In this document: piece after piece, positions 32,910-42,369 of the stretch
Layout: each line of letters starts with the position of its first letter
Numbering within the stretch: position 1 is the stretch's first letter
NCBI GenBank assembly: GCA_030429765.1
Contig: JAUIER010000002.1
Span: 130,239 to 194,238, forward strand
DNA length: 64,000 nt
From: a bacterium
GTDB lineage: Bacteria; Omnitrophota; Gorgyraeia; Zapsychrales; Zapsychraceae
Direction of reading: 5' to 3'
Notes under the pieces: model-generated
The model's database searches: none
What the model was told of the DNA's origin: nothing
What the model saw: only the letters and a program-made list of their open reading frames with translations
Made by a program: the position numbers and the translations under genes

Positions 32910-33105
32910 CCTTGGGTTCTTCAGCGGCTTTTTTCTTGCGGCCGGCTTTTACCTTAACGATCTTGGTTTTTGGAAGTCCGATTACAGAAACCTCTTCGCT
33001 CCATTTACCCTTTTTCATCAAATCCTTGATGCGTTCGATACGTGTCAAGACCGTCCGTTGCTGAGCGCCGGCTGAATCGACTTTAAGTGATGGGTGTAGT
33101 GACAT
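32893..33105 (-). CDS. PVC-superphylum small basic (signature) protein
   Basis: MSLHPSLK...RTVLTRIERI..L...GKW....VIGLPKTK matches the PVC small basic protein pattern. Confidence 0.85.
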   Translation of the reverse strand: MSLHPSLKVDSAGAQQRTVLTRIERIKDLMKKGKWSEEVSVIGLPKTKIVKVKAGRKKKAAEEPKDEKKK

Positions 33106-33106
33106 G

Positions 33107-33721
33107 TTATAATCTCCTTACTATGAAATCTTTGTATTTATCCTTTAAGCGCTTCGAGAACTTTTTCGCGTCCTGACGATCAGAAAACTTTCCGACACAA
33201 ACAATCGAATGCCGACCTTTCTGCATAATCGATGTTTCGAATCCTTTTTTCTGTAAATTCAGCGCCTCTTGTTTCGCGCTAGACTCTTTTTCAAATGAGG
33301 CGACTTGAATCGTGTATCCTGAAAATTCCGGAACTTCAGGTGGAAGCTCAATATCCAGGATTTCAATCTTCTCTTCAGGAACCTCAACCACTTCCTGGAT
33401 GGACTCCTCAATCACGGGAGGAATCTCCAAAACTTCGACTTTCGGCTCATCAGAGCGGACTATTATAGCATTTTCGTCTGAAATGTCAGCAACATTTTTT
33501 TGAGCCACCTGGCCGGCTTGCACCCGCTTTTGGCCCTGCTGGACCCCCAGACAAAAACAGACCACACCCGCGACAATCAGCACGATACAACCGCCGATTA
33601 GGTGCTCGGTGGATAATATAATTTTACGGGGATTAGAACGCCCGATTGGGGCTTGATACGTGTTTTTGCCGCCTTCAGGGAATAATTCGAACTGAGTCGT
33701 GGAATTATTTGCTTGTGACAT
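33107..33721 (-). CDS. SPOR domain membrane protein
   Basis: One TM helix, acidic linker, YTIQVASF...VCVGKF. Confidence 0.85.
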   Translation of the reverse strand: MSQANNSTTQFELFPEGGKNTYQAPIGRSNPRKIILSTEHLIGGCIVLIVAGVVCFCLGVQQGQKRVQAGQVAQKNVADISDENAIIVRSDEPKVEVLEIPPVIEESIQEVVEVPEEKIEILDIELPPEVPEFSGYTIQVASFEKESSAKQEALNLQKKGFETSIMQKGRHSIVCVGKFSDRQDAKKFSKRLKDKYKDFIVRRL

Positions 33722-33737
33722 AACCCTAATTATAGTA

Positions 33738-34811
33738 CTAAGTTGTATCAGAACTCAAGTAATTTCTGAATTTTTTCTGACGGGTCAGCCCAATAAACGC
33801 CTCGGCCACATTGGGATCGAACTGCGTGCCGCTGTGGCGCTTCAATTCATTGACCGCATCCGCAAATGATAGCGCTTTTTTGTAGGGCCGCTCCGAAATC
33901 ATGGCCAAAAAGGCATCCACCACGGCAATTATGCGGGCCCCCAACGGAATCTGCTCTTTGCGCAGACCGCTAGGATATCCCGATCCATCATACTTCTCAT
34001 GATGATAAAGGATAATCGGCAGCACCGGCTTGAGAAAAGCGACCGGTTTGATCAAAGCCACCGCCCGCGCCGGCTGATTGTGGATCACTTTGAATTCTTT
34101 GGCCGTTAGCTGGCTTTTCTTGGACAGGATCTCGTACGGAATATCAATCGCACCGGCGTCACGCAAAATACTCGCGTAATACAAATTGTCGATCTCTTCC
34201 TTGGAAATCTTGAGCTTCTCTCCCAATGCCTTAACGATGTTAAAGTAGGTTGACGTATTCTTTTTCGACAAAGTCGGCCCATGCTGACGGAGCAGCTCAC
34301 CGATGAATTTGATACTCTCCAAGATAATCTTCTGCTGCCCCTCATAGAGCTGCAGGTTCTTGATGGCCGTCACCGATTGTTCGGTCACCACCGACAACAT
34401 ATCGCGGTCAAATTCAGAAAACGCCTTTTGCCCTCTCTTGCGTCTGACAAAAATGGCGCCGACGATTTCATCGGCCACCAGCGGAAGCCCCAGCAGATGA
34501 TTTTCGGCCACCGAAAATCCTTCCAGCACCCGCTTTTCCTTGACGGAAATTTTCTTTAAATCTTTACGCTTGTCGTGCAGAATATTGATTTGATTGTCAA
34601 ACGCCGCCCGTAAAACCACCGTCTTTTTTTCCGGATCAAGAATTAAAATTGTCGACGAGTCAGCCTTGATGAACTGACACAACAACCGCGTCAGGCGCAA
34701 CACCAGCTCCTGCAAATTAAAGCACGAATTAACCAATCGGTACACCATGTGCACCGCGGATAATATCAGTTTATACTTTCTTGAATGGATCGAATAATTT
34801 TTTGTGTTCAT
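33738..34811 (-). CDS. GAF plus HD-GYP domain protein with a degenerate HD motif
   Basis: HHEKYDGSGYPSGL, ARIIAVVDAF..M...RPYK; LRDAG where LHDIG is expected. Confidence 0.85.
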   Translation of the reverse strand: MNTKNYSIHSRKYKLILSAVHMVYRLVNSCFNLQELVLRLTRLLCQFIKADSSTILILDPEKKTVVLRAAFDNQINILHDKRKDLKKISVKEKRVLEGFSVAENHLLGLPLVADEIVGAIFVRRKRGQKAFSEFDRDMLSVVTEQSVTAIKNLQLYEGQQKIILESIKFIGELLRQHGPTLSKKNTSTYFNIVKALGEKLKISKEEIDNLYYASILRDAGAIDIPYEILSKKSQLTAKEFKVIHNQPARAVALIKPVAFLKPVLPIILYHHEKYDGSGYPSGLRKEQIPLGARIIAVVDAFLAMISERPYKKALSFADAVNELKRHSGTQFDPNVAEAFIGLTRQKKFRNYLSSDTT

Positions 34812-35946
34812 CGAGCGCCGATCTATCCGTCATGCCGGCAATGTAATTGCAGACAGCCTGGTATTTTTCTGATTTGGATGCCTGTCCCGTTCGCGGCCAG
34901 ACATCATAGGGTAGTTGGTTGGGATTTTTTTGATACACTTTAAAAATTTGTTTGATGATCCGCCGGGCCTTCTCGGTCATTCGTTCCACCCGATAGTGAC
35001 GGTACAACTTATCCATCAGTAAATCCTGAAGAATTTTCCGTTGCGCCTTCATATCCGAGGAGAAAGCGATGACAGGTTCAGCATCTTCCCGAAGATGATA
35101 GTCTTTGACTTCCTGAGACGATTGAAAATTCGCCTTCTGCAAATTGTTAAATGAGTTATCAAGCAGATCCCGGGTTTGCGTATCAATCAAAAATTTCACC
35201 ACTTGATACTTCAGCATCTCTTTGTTGCGCGGATCCAACTCCGAGTCAATCTTTTGATAGGATTCCCGCCACAGCTGGCTTTCCATCAAGTCATCTTTGG
35301 TGATACAGCCTGATGTCAGGCCGTCGTCAATGTCATGCGACAAATACGCCAGCGCGTCGGCGATGTCCACCACCTTCGCCTCCAGGGTCGGACCGATCTT
35401 CCGGTACTTATCCAGATCGCCCTGTTTATCATAGAAAGTCTCGTGCTTGAGAATCCCGACACGGACTTCTTCCGTCAGGTCGAGCCCCTGGTAGTTTGGA
35501 TATCGTTTTTCAAATTCGGTAACAATCAAATAACTCCGTCGATTGTGATCAAAACCGCCATGCTTCTCCATGATCTCGTTGAGCGCGCGCTCCCCGGCGT
35601 GACCGAATGGCGGGTGTCCAAGATCATGCGCGAGAGCAATCGCCTCAATCAAATCTTCATTGAGACGTAAACTGCGGCCAATCGTCCGGGCGATCTGGGC
35701 CACCTCGATGGTGTGTGTCAAACGGGTCCGATAGTAGTCCCCCTCCAGAATGACAAAAACCTGCGTTTTATATTCCAGTTTGCGGAATGCTTCCGAGTGC
35801 ACGATGCGGTCCCGGTCACGCTGATAACACGTCCGTACCGGATGATGGGTCTGCTCATGCTCACGGCCGGCAGAATCCTTGCTCTTCATCGCGTATGGAG
35901 CCAGAATTTGCTCTTCGAGATCTTCAATATGTTTTCTTGTATTCAT
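34771..35946 (-). CDS. dgt: dGTP triphosphohydrolase-like protein
   Basis: RDRDRIVHS.AFRKLEYKTQV, RTRLTHTIEV, HDLGHPPFGHAGE, YIAGMTD. Confidence 0.93.
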   Translation of the reverse strand: MNTRKHIEDLEEQILAPYAMKSKDSAGREHEQTHHPVRTCYQRDRDRIVHSEAFRKLEYKTQVFVILEGDYYRTRLTHTIEVAQIARTIGRSLRLNEDLIEAIALAHDLGHPPFGHAGERALNEIMEKHGGFDHNRRSYLIVTEFEKRYPNYQGLDLTEEVRVGILKHETFYDKQGDLDKYRKIGPTLEAKVVDIADALAYLSHDIDDGLTSGCITKDDLMESQLWRESYQKIDSELDPRNKEMLKYQVVKFLIDTQTRDLLDNSFNNLQKANFQSSQEVKDYHLREDAEPVIAFSSDMKAQRKILQDLLMDKLYRHYRVERMTEKARRIIKQIFKVYQKNPNQLPYDVWPRTGQASKSEKYQAVCNYIAGMTDRSALDEHKKLFDPFKKV

Positions 35947-36418
35947 CGGTGAGTAACTTGTGCACTTCTTTGAGTGATTGTGAAATAACCTTGGTCTGGG
36001 CGGTTACCGGCATAAAGTTGACATCTCCCTTCCACCGCGGGACGATGTGCACATGGACATGCCCGGGAAATCCGGCGCCAGCCACTTTACCTAAATTGAT
36101 TCCGACGTTGAAACCCTGACATTTCATAACCTTCTTGAGGACAACTTTAATGTTCTCGATCAAGTCGTATAATTCCGTCCGCTCTTCGCGGTTCAGTTTG
36201 GCCGTATCATTCACGTGCCGGTACGGGATCACCATCAAATGACCATTGTTATATGGGTAAATATTCAACACGATAAACGCATGTTGGCCGCGATGAATCA
36301 CATAGTTGGAGCGGTCTTTACGCGTCTCATCCTTGATCCGGCAGAAAACACAGCCTTTGTGTTTATCGACGATCGTGGTCACATATTTGACGCGCCACGG
36401 AGCCCATAACTTATCCAT
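35924..36418 (-). CDS. HIT family hydrolase
   Basis: LWAPWR, CVFC, YPYNNGH, HVHVHIVPR. Confidence 0.93.
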   Translation of the reverse strand: MDKLWAPWRVKYVTTIVDKHKGCVFCRIKDETRKDRSNYVIHRGQHAFIVLNIYPYNNGHLMVIPYRHVNDTAKLNREERTELYDLIENIKVVLKKVMKCQGFNVGINLGKVAGAGFPGHVHVHIVPRWKGDVNFMPVTAQTKVISQSLKEVHKLLTDEYKKTY

Positions 36419-36898
36419 TTATTTCACCTTGATAATCTTGGGAATGATCTGACCGCTTTTAAATTCGATCGTGCCGTACGAGCAGTACGGCGCCCGGACG
36501 ATATCGTTGGGACTTCCCGGATTGAAGTACAGCACATTATTGATGACTTCATTGTATGGTTCATGCGAATGGCCGAAAATTACCACATCGACCTTGCTGG
36601 ACTTGAATTCACGCATCGCATTGTCGAGGGCCGGCCGCGGTGTACCGTGACCGTGAAACAATCCGATCGAAAACCCCTCGCATTTAAAAACCTGCCGCTG
36701 GGGCAACACCTGCTGCAGCGCCGGATCATCCATATTTCCGAACACGGCCTTGACCTGATTAATTCCCTGAAAGATCTTGAAATCCTCCAGCGAACAAAAA
36801 TCTCCGGCATGAACGATAAAGTCAACTGACTTGAAATCCTGAATTAACTGTTTGGGAATACTTATGGAATGTGTATCTGAAACAACACCTATTTTCAT
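36419..36898 (-). CDS. YfcE/MJ0936-type metallophosphoesterase
   Basis: SDTH, HAGD, GNMD, FHG, GHSH, NPGS. Confidence 0.92.
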   Translation of the reverse strand: MKIGVVSDTHSISIPKQLIQDFKSVDFIVHAGDFCSLEDFKIFQGINQVKAVFGNMDDPALQQVLPQRQVFKCEGFSIGLFHGHGTPRPALDNAMREFKSSKVDVVIFGHSHEPYNEVINNVLYFNPGSPNDIVRAPYCSYGTIEFKSGQIIPKIIKVK

Positions 36899-38535
36899 CG
36901 CACTATATTGGGTTTATCAAACAAGGTTAGTAATACATTGAGTTCTTCTTCGTTCCAAATCCAAAACCGTTCCTGAAGGGCTTTGAGTTTGGTTTGATCG
37001 TCGGGCTTGGTCAAAGAAATCATCAGACATTTTTCAGGTTTCTGCATCAACTTCTTGGACTCGGCCAGTATGGCCGTTAAATCTGTCTCGACGAAACCTT
37101 CTTCCTTGAGAATAATCAACCAGGTGGAGCTGCTATCGGTGTTCGCCCGGATCACATTGATGGGCAGACCCGTTTTACCGTTAACCGTCGACGGCTGTAA
37201 ATCTTTGAAGATCGGCAAACGATACTTGCGGCCATTGATCTTCAACAACTCATTCTCGAAGCACGTCAGCAAGTCAACTATTCTCGAGGAGAAATCCTTG
37301 CCCGTAGTATGCTTAAACCGCTCAATACAAACGCTGAATTCATCACGGTACCGCTCCCGCTGTTTATCGGGCGTCAGGTCGACCTCCATAAGACGCTTCT
37401 GATAGACATACTGCAACCAATACTTAAAGAGTTTATCTTTGAAGTAGTGAATACGCCCATTCTTGACCACCACCCCCTCGACCTGCAGGCGGTTTAACTT
37501 CTGCGTTAATTGGGACTTGCTGATCTGCAAGACCTTTAACAAATCTTCCGATTTCTGATGTCCGTTCGCCAGCGCGATCAACAATTTGCAGACGATCTTG
37601 TTACCCTTCGTACTGCATAGATCATTGACAATCAGTTCAAAATGCCGGCTGATCACGCCCCAACGATCAAAGAGTGTGTTCTCGACGGCCTGGGTGACCA
37701 TCGGCATAAAAATCTCATCTTGCTGATGCAGTGCCTTCAGGCTGAGCAACTCCTTGGAAATCAGCGTCATGTAAAGCGGAAATCCACCAGTAAAATCGGT
37801 CAGAAAATCAATCAGGTGACCGGATATCTTGTGCCCCTCCAACAATTGCCCCAGAAACTGCTGACTATGATGCAGATCGAACGGCTCCAATTTAACCATC
37901 TCGAAATTACCAAATAACAATGACAGTTTCTCTGATAATATTTTCTTGGCCGCCTGCTTGTTTGAACTCGACAGACAGTACAAACATTTTTTCTGGGTCA
38001 TGATCTTGTTGCCCAGACTGGCAAACACATCCTGCACATCAAATTCTTCCAGATCCTGAAACTCATCAAAAAACAACACACAAAACTGACCGGATTCATT
38101 GGTATATATCTCCGGCAATGTCATGACACCTAAAAAGGCATCCGAAATCTTTCCCCGCTGAAAATCCGACTGTACACGCTTAACCACCTCGATCGTGTGA
38201 GGAATGTATTTCTTCGATTCCTCCATGAGCAGACTCAAGTCCTCATGCAGCGGCAAGTTTTTATTTTTCAGATATTCATACAACAGGCTGGCGCAGAACT
38301 TATCCAGAAAAAATGAGAAATCCTTATTTTCCAGATTCAGATAGACAGGCGTCACATCCGCGTCGTCGAGATGATGAATGAATTCCTTGAGAACGGATGA
38401 CTTACCGACATATCGATTTCCCAAAAACGCAATATTGTGCCGGTACCCTTCCTTCAGATCCAGCACACGCTTTTTTAAAAGGTCGAGCTCATCCTGCCGA
38501 CCATAGAAGAATTTTTCACAGTCCATATAGCTCAT
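36895..38535 (-). CDS. P-loop ATPase (archaeal-ATPase/STAND-like) with winged-helix and C-terminal domain
   Basis: FYGRQDEL, GNRYVGKS (Walker A), FFDEFQ (Walker B), TGGFPLY, YFKDKLFKYW. Confidence 0.75.
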   Translation of the reverse strand: MSYMDCEKFFYGRQDELDLLKKRVLDLKEGYRHNIAFLGNRYVGKSSVLKEFIHHLDDADVTPVYLNLENKDFSFFLDKFCASLLYEYLKNKNLPLHEDLSLLMEESKKYIPHTIEVVKRVQSDFQRGKISDAFLGVMTLPEIYTNESGQFCVLFFDEFQDLEEFDVQDVFASLGNKIMTQKKCLYCLSSSNKQAAKKILSEKLSLLFGNFEMVKLEPFDLHHSQQFLGQLLEGHKISGHLIDFLTDFTGGFPLYMTLISKELLSLKALHQQDEIFMPMVTQAVENTLFDRWGVISRHFELIVNDLCSTKGNKIVCKLLIALANGHQKSEDLLKVLQISKSQLTQKLNRLQVEGVVVKNGRIHYFKDKLFKYWLQYVYQKRLMEVDLTPDKQRERYRDEFSVCIERFKHTTGKDFSSRIVDLLTCFENELLKINGRKYRLPIFKDLQPSTVNGKTGLPINVIRANTDSSSTWLIILKEEGFVETDLTAILAESKKLMQKPEKCLMISLTKPDDQTKLKALQERFWIWNEEELNVLLTLFDKPNIVR

Positions 38536-39227
38536 GGTAAATAGTACAGCGGGTTATCTTCTTTACTGCGTTTACGAATCTGAAAATGTAAATAAGCTAA
38601 TCGATCATCCTGACCGACGTGGGCAATCGGCTGACTTTGTCCAACTCGATCACCTAAAGACACCAATAACTGCGCGTTCTTGGAATAAACGGTAAAAAAC
38701 TCATCCGGATGCTCGAGAATAATCATGTATCCCTGCCCCGGCAAATAATCGGCAAATACCACCTCACCACTGCGCGCGGCGCGAACCACCTCCCCCTGAC
38801 TGGCCCGAATGTCAATGCCGCGGGACTTGACCCCGTCACGAATTTTGTGAAAATGGGTCAAAATCTTGCCTTTCAATGGCCAGATATATCCCTCACTTTC
38901 CTCGACACCCTCCGGCTCTGCGAAGACCGGCCGGACTTCTGTCGCGCCGGGAATCAGGATCAATTGATTCACCTCAATCTGCGCGATGTCAGGGATGTTG
39001 TTGGACTCGATGATCTCGGTAATCGTCACATCGTAGCTCTTGGCAATCCGCCACACCGTTTCACCTCGATTCACTTTATGGTAAATTCCCTGCGGAATTG
39101 GTGTGGTGACATAATTCTCCATGATGGGCATGTCATCCATGGGAACCGTTTCCAGCGTGGCGCAGCCGGAAACCAAACACGCCCCTAATAAACCCAACAA
39201 TATACTAGGACTTTTTTTATGATTCAT
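38532..39227 (-). CDS. LysM plus M23-like lipoprotein (NlpD-like)
   Basis: VSGC lipobox, HKVNRGETVWRIAK LysM domain, WPLKG...GIDI...LHFQIR. Confidence 0.88.
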   Translation of the reverse strand: MNHKKSPSILLGLLGACLVSGCATLETVPMDDMPIMENYVTTPIPQGIYHKVNRGETVWRIAKSYDVTITEIIESNNIPDIAQIEVNQLILIPGATEVRPVFAEPEGVEESEGYIWPLKGKILTHFHKIRDGVKSRGIDIRASQGEVVRAARSGEVVFADYLPGQGYMIILEHPDEFFTVYSKNAQLLVSLGDRVGQSQPIAHVGQDDRLAYLHFQIRKRSKEDNPLYYLP

Positions 39228-39230
39228 GTC

Positions 39231-39884
39231 TTATCCTCTGACCGGATTTTCCTGTGTCATTTGCGCAACAAATTGTCGCGCCGATTTTTCAACATCCTCG
39301 GATTCGCTGACCGCCCGGCAAACCGCAACATGGGACACACCCAATGACTTCAACAACGCTAAGCGGTCCAAATCGATTCCGCCGATCGCATAGACCGGAA
39401 TGTCTAAATTTTTAACGACATCGCGCAGCAAATCATGTTCCATCGGATGACGATCCGGCTTAGTCAGGGTCTTAAAGACCGAGCCAAACCCGATATAATC
39501 CGCGCCCTGATCCTGAGCCAGATAGGCCTGTTCCATGGTTTGGCACGACGCGCCGATAATCGTTGATTCGCCTAATTCCCGACGAGCCGCTTCGACCGAC
39601 ATATCATCCTGCCCCACATGGACCGCGTCGGCTTTTAGTTCCGCGGCTAGGGCCACATCATCATTGATGACAAAAATGACATCGTCCGGCAATTGTGTCA
39701 TGAGGCGGCGGGAAAATGCCGCGATGTCAGACCGCTGGCCCCGCTTATCGCGGATCTGGAGGATTCTAATCCCTCCCTGCACCGCCTTAAGCGCCACATC
39801 CGACAACTCGTCGTAATCGTTGACCTGCCGGTCTAAGATCAAATAAACATTAGAATGAGCTAATAACGGCTTTTTCGAGCGCAT
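39231..39884 (-). CDS. thiE: Thiamine-phosphate synthase
   Basis: QIRDK, INDD, HVGQDD, GASC, TLTK, AIGGI. Confidence 0.93.
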   Translation of the reverse strand: MRSKKPLLAHSNVYLILDRQVNDYDELSDVALKAVQGGIRILQIRDKRGQRSDIAAFSRRLMTQLPDDVIFVINDDVALAAELKADAVHVGQDDMSVEAARRELGESTIIGASCQTMEQAYLAQDQGADYIGFGSVFKTLTKPDRHPMEHDLLRDVVKNLDIPVYAIGGIDLDRLALLKSLGVSHVAVCRAVSESEDVEKSARQFVAQMTQENPVRG

Positions 39885-40266
39885 AAACTTTATATCTCAA
39901 TTGTTTGACCTGATTGGCCACCTCAGGCTCAAAAAGTTTTGAACACTCTTCAAGCACGCGAACCGATTCCTTAATACGCTGCGAGTTCGCGTAAAAAATA
40001 TCCCGCATATCCGAGCGTTTCATTTCCGACTCAGATGACGTTCGACCGACATCTTCGTCAATGGCCCGAGACCGGATTAAATCCGCGGTATTCAGCTGTG
40101 TGATCGCCGACGTCAGGTCATGCCGGCAATCCTTGTATGACCGGGTCCATTCGGCATTGTCAAAATAAAATCGGGACACATCTTCACAGACACGAAACGC
40201 TTCCTTGGCTCGGTTGTAATTGGCATCAATCAGCCGGTATATTTTTTGATCGTCTATGGGCTGCAC
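39850..40266 (-). CDS. ThiD2-like protein (homolog of the N-terminal domain of long ThiE proteins)
   Basis: RLIDANYNRAKEAFRVCED...DVG...N.QRIKESVRVLEE..K...KQLRYKVY.LEK. Confidence 0.8.
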   Translation of the reverse strand: MQPIDDQKIYRLIDANYNRAKEAFRVCEDVSRFYFDNAEWTRSYKDCRHDLTSAITQLNTADLIRSRAIDEDVGRTSSESEMKRSDMRDIFYANSQRIKESVRVLEECSKLFEPEVANQVKQLRYKVYALEKAVISSF

Positions 40267-40739
40267 GTCGCTAAAATCTTCTCAATCACATTCGTTGTCG
40301 AACAATTCTTTTCAAATTTAATAAACTCGGCCCGCCCCCCATAGGATTTCACAAAATCCTCACCGACTATACCTTTGCCTTTCCAGTCGGCGCCTTTGAT
40401 AAGTACGTCGGGCCGCACACTTTGAATCAATTTCAAAGGCGTCTCCGCCGAGAAAATAACCACATAGTCCACACATTCCAGCGCCGCAAGTACACTTGCC
40501 CGATGACGCTGCGAATTAATCGGCCGCTGCGGGCCCTTGATCCGCCGGACAGAAGCATCGCTGTTCAATCCAACGATCAGCAGATCCTTGCCTTTTTTCG
40601 CTTTTTGCAGATAGGACACATGACCAAAATGTAAAATATCAAAACATCCATTGGTGAAGCCGACCGTCAATTTACGCTTACGCTTCTGGCTGAGGATCTC
40701 GACGATCTGCTTTTGAGATACAATCTTTGTCTGACTCAC
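40254..40739 (-). CDS. rfaE2: D-glycero-beta-D-manno-heptose 1-phosphate adenylyltransferase
   Basis: FTNGCFDILHFGH, GLNSDASVRRIKG, KGADW, STT. Confidence 0.92.
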   Translation of the reverse strand: MSQTKIVSQKQIVEILSQKRKRKLTVGFTNGCFDILHFGHVSYLQKAKKGKDLLIVGLNSDASVRRIKGPQRPINSQRHRASVLAALECVDYVVIFSAETPLKLIQSVRPDVLIKGADWKGKGIVGEDFVKSYGGRAEFIKFEKNCSTTNVIEKILATCSP

Positions 40740-40743
40740 CGGA

Positions 40744-41316
40744 CTATGACTCGCTTAGTTGATCTTCCACTAATTCACATATGGTGTGATACATGCACAT
40801 ATGTGATTCCTGAATCCGCGCCGTCGTATTGGACGGCACATTCAGCAAAATTTCACATTCAGACGTCATCTGTCCGCCGCCGCATCCGGAAAACCCGATC
40901 GTCTTAAGCCCCTGTTCCCGCGCCTGCTTCAACCCGGCTATCACGTTTGCCGAATTTCCGCTCGTAGAAAAACCGATCGCTACATCGCCTGAACGTCCCA
41001 GTGCTTCGATCTGACGGGCAAAAATCATGTCGTATGAATAATCATTGCTCAAGGCCGTGATGATCGATGTGTCCGTGGTCAAGGCAATGGCGGCGAATGC
41101 GCGCCGCTCTTTCTGGAAGCGTCCCACAAATTCCGCGGCGACGTGTTGACTATCGGCGGCAGATCCACCGTTCCCAAAAAACAAAAGCTTGTGTCCATCC
41201 CGGATCGCGGCGGCCGTAACCTCAACCGCGTGCTGCATCGCTTGAAGATTGGCCTCAAGCGTCTGATTCTTTGTGGCACATGATTCGGCAAAGATTTGTT
41301 TGATTCGATCTTCCAT
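40744..41316 (-). CDS. gmhA: Phosphoheptose isomerase
   Basis: GNGGSAADSQH, NDYSY, STSGNS, RIQESH. Confidence 0.95.
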   Translation of the reverse strand: MEDRIKQIFAESCATKNQTLEANLQAMQHAVEVTAAAIRDGHKLLFFGNGGSAADSQHVAAEFVGRFQKERRAFAAIALTTDTSIITALSNDYSYDMIFARQIEALGRSGDVAIGFSTSGNSANVIAGLKQAREQGLKTIGFSGCGGGQMTSECEILLNVPSNTTARIQESHMCMYHTICELVEDQLSES

Positions 41317-41322
41317 TATTTC

Positions 41323-42354
41323 CTACTCGGCAAAAACCTTGGCGATGCTGTAGATGTCGTCCTCGATGGCTTTGTGCTTGCTGACCGCCTCTTCGATCGC
41401 AACGGCATTAATCTTGTTTTCACGGATACTTACCATTGTCCCGTAGCGCTGCTGTTTGATCAATTCCACCGCGTGAAATCCGAAACGCGTACCGATAATC
41501 CGGTCAAAGGCCGTTGGCGTTCCGCCCCGCTGAATATGACCCAAAACACTCACGCGCGTTTCGTAGCCTGTCTTGTCCTCGATCAGATCGGCCACCAGCT
41601 CGCCGACACGGCTGACCCGATGGTTCTTTCGATTCTCTTCCTGCTCAATGCTATTCGAATGCCCGACAATCTCAGCGCCTTCGGAAACGACGATAATACT
41701 GAACGTCTTCCCTCGTTTGTGACGTTCACGCAGCGAATCGCATACCTGTTCGATATTAACCGGAAACTCGGGAACCAGAATAATGTCAGCACCGCCGGCA
41801 ATCCCCGCCTCGAGCGCAATCCAACCCGTGTAACGCCCCATGACTTCAATAACAATAATCCGATGATGACTTTCGGCCGTCGTGTGAAGCCGATCGATAC
41901 ATTCGGTGGCGATGTTAACCGCCGTGTCAAATCCAAACGCATAATCCGTTCCCGTCAGGGAATTGTCAATGGATTTGGGAACACCAATGATCGGCAGCTG
42001 ATGCTTGTTGTATAGGTCCAATCCGATCTTTAGGGTATCTTCTCCTCCAACCGCAATGATCGCGTCGATCCCGCTTCGCTTAAAATTCTCCGCCATCTTA
42101 CTCATCAGTTCGTCACCCAGCGGCGGAATAATCCGGCTGGTGCCGAGAATCGTTCCCCCTCGATCCAGAATGCCGGAAACAATCTGCAGGTCAAGCACCT
42201 TCATATTATTGTCAGCCAGCCCCATCCAGCCGTTCTTGATTCCTGTCACGACGTACTCTTCGGCCACTGCTTTACGAACCACGGCCCGGATTACAGAGTT
42301 CAGTCCCGGGCAATCAGCTCCGCCGGTGAGTATCCCAATTTTTTTCATAGTCAC
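41323..42354 (-). CDS. pfkA: 6-phosphofructokinase, group III, probably PPi-dependent
   Basis: TGGADCPGLN, GGTILGTSR, GGEDT, PKSIDN, EVMGR, LGHIQRGG. Confidence 0.92.
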   Translation of the reverse strand: MTMKKIGILTGGADCPGLNSVIRAVVRKAVAEEYVVTGIKNGWMGLADNNMKVLDLQIVSGILDRGGTILGTSRIIPPLGDELMSKMAENFKRSGIDAIIAVGGEDTLKIGLDLYNKHQLPIIGVPKSIDNSLTGTDYAFGFDTAVNIATECIDRLHTTAESHHRIIVIEVMGRYTGWIALEAGIAGGADIILVPEFPVNIEQVCDSLRERHKRGKTFSIIVVSEGAEIVGHSNSIEQEENRKNHRVSRVGELVADLIEDKTGYETRVSVLGHIQRGGTPTAFDRIIGTRFGFHAVELIKQQRYGTMVSIRENKINAVAIEEAVSKHKAIEDDIYSIAKVFAE

Positions 42355-42369
42355 TCCTTGAGCTAAAAT

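Noticed and set aside
41296-42015. 239-aa plus-strand ORF, and the many other 60-200 aa nested or antisense ORFs in the track
   Set aside because: They lie opposite or inside well-supported genes (here pfk) and show no motifs; expected shadow ORFs
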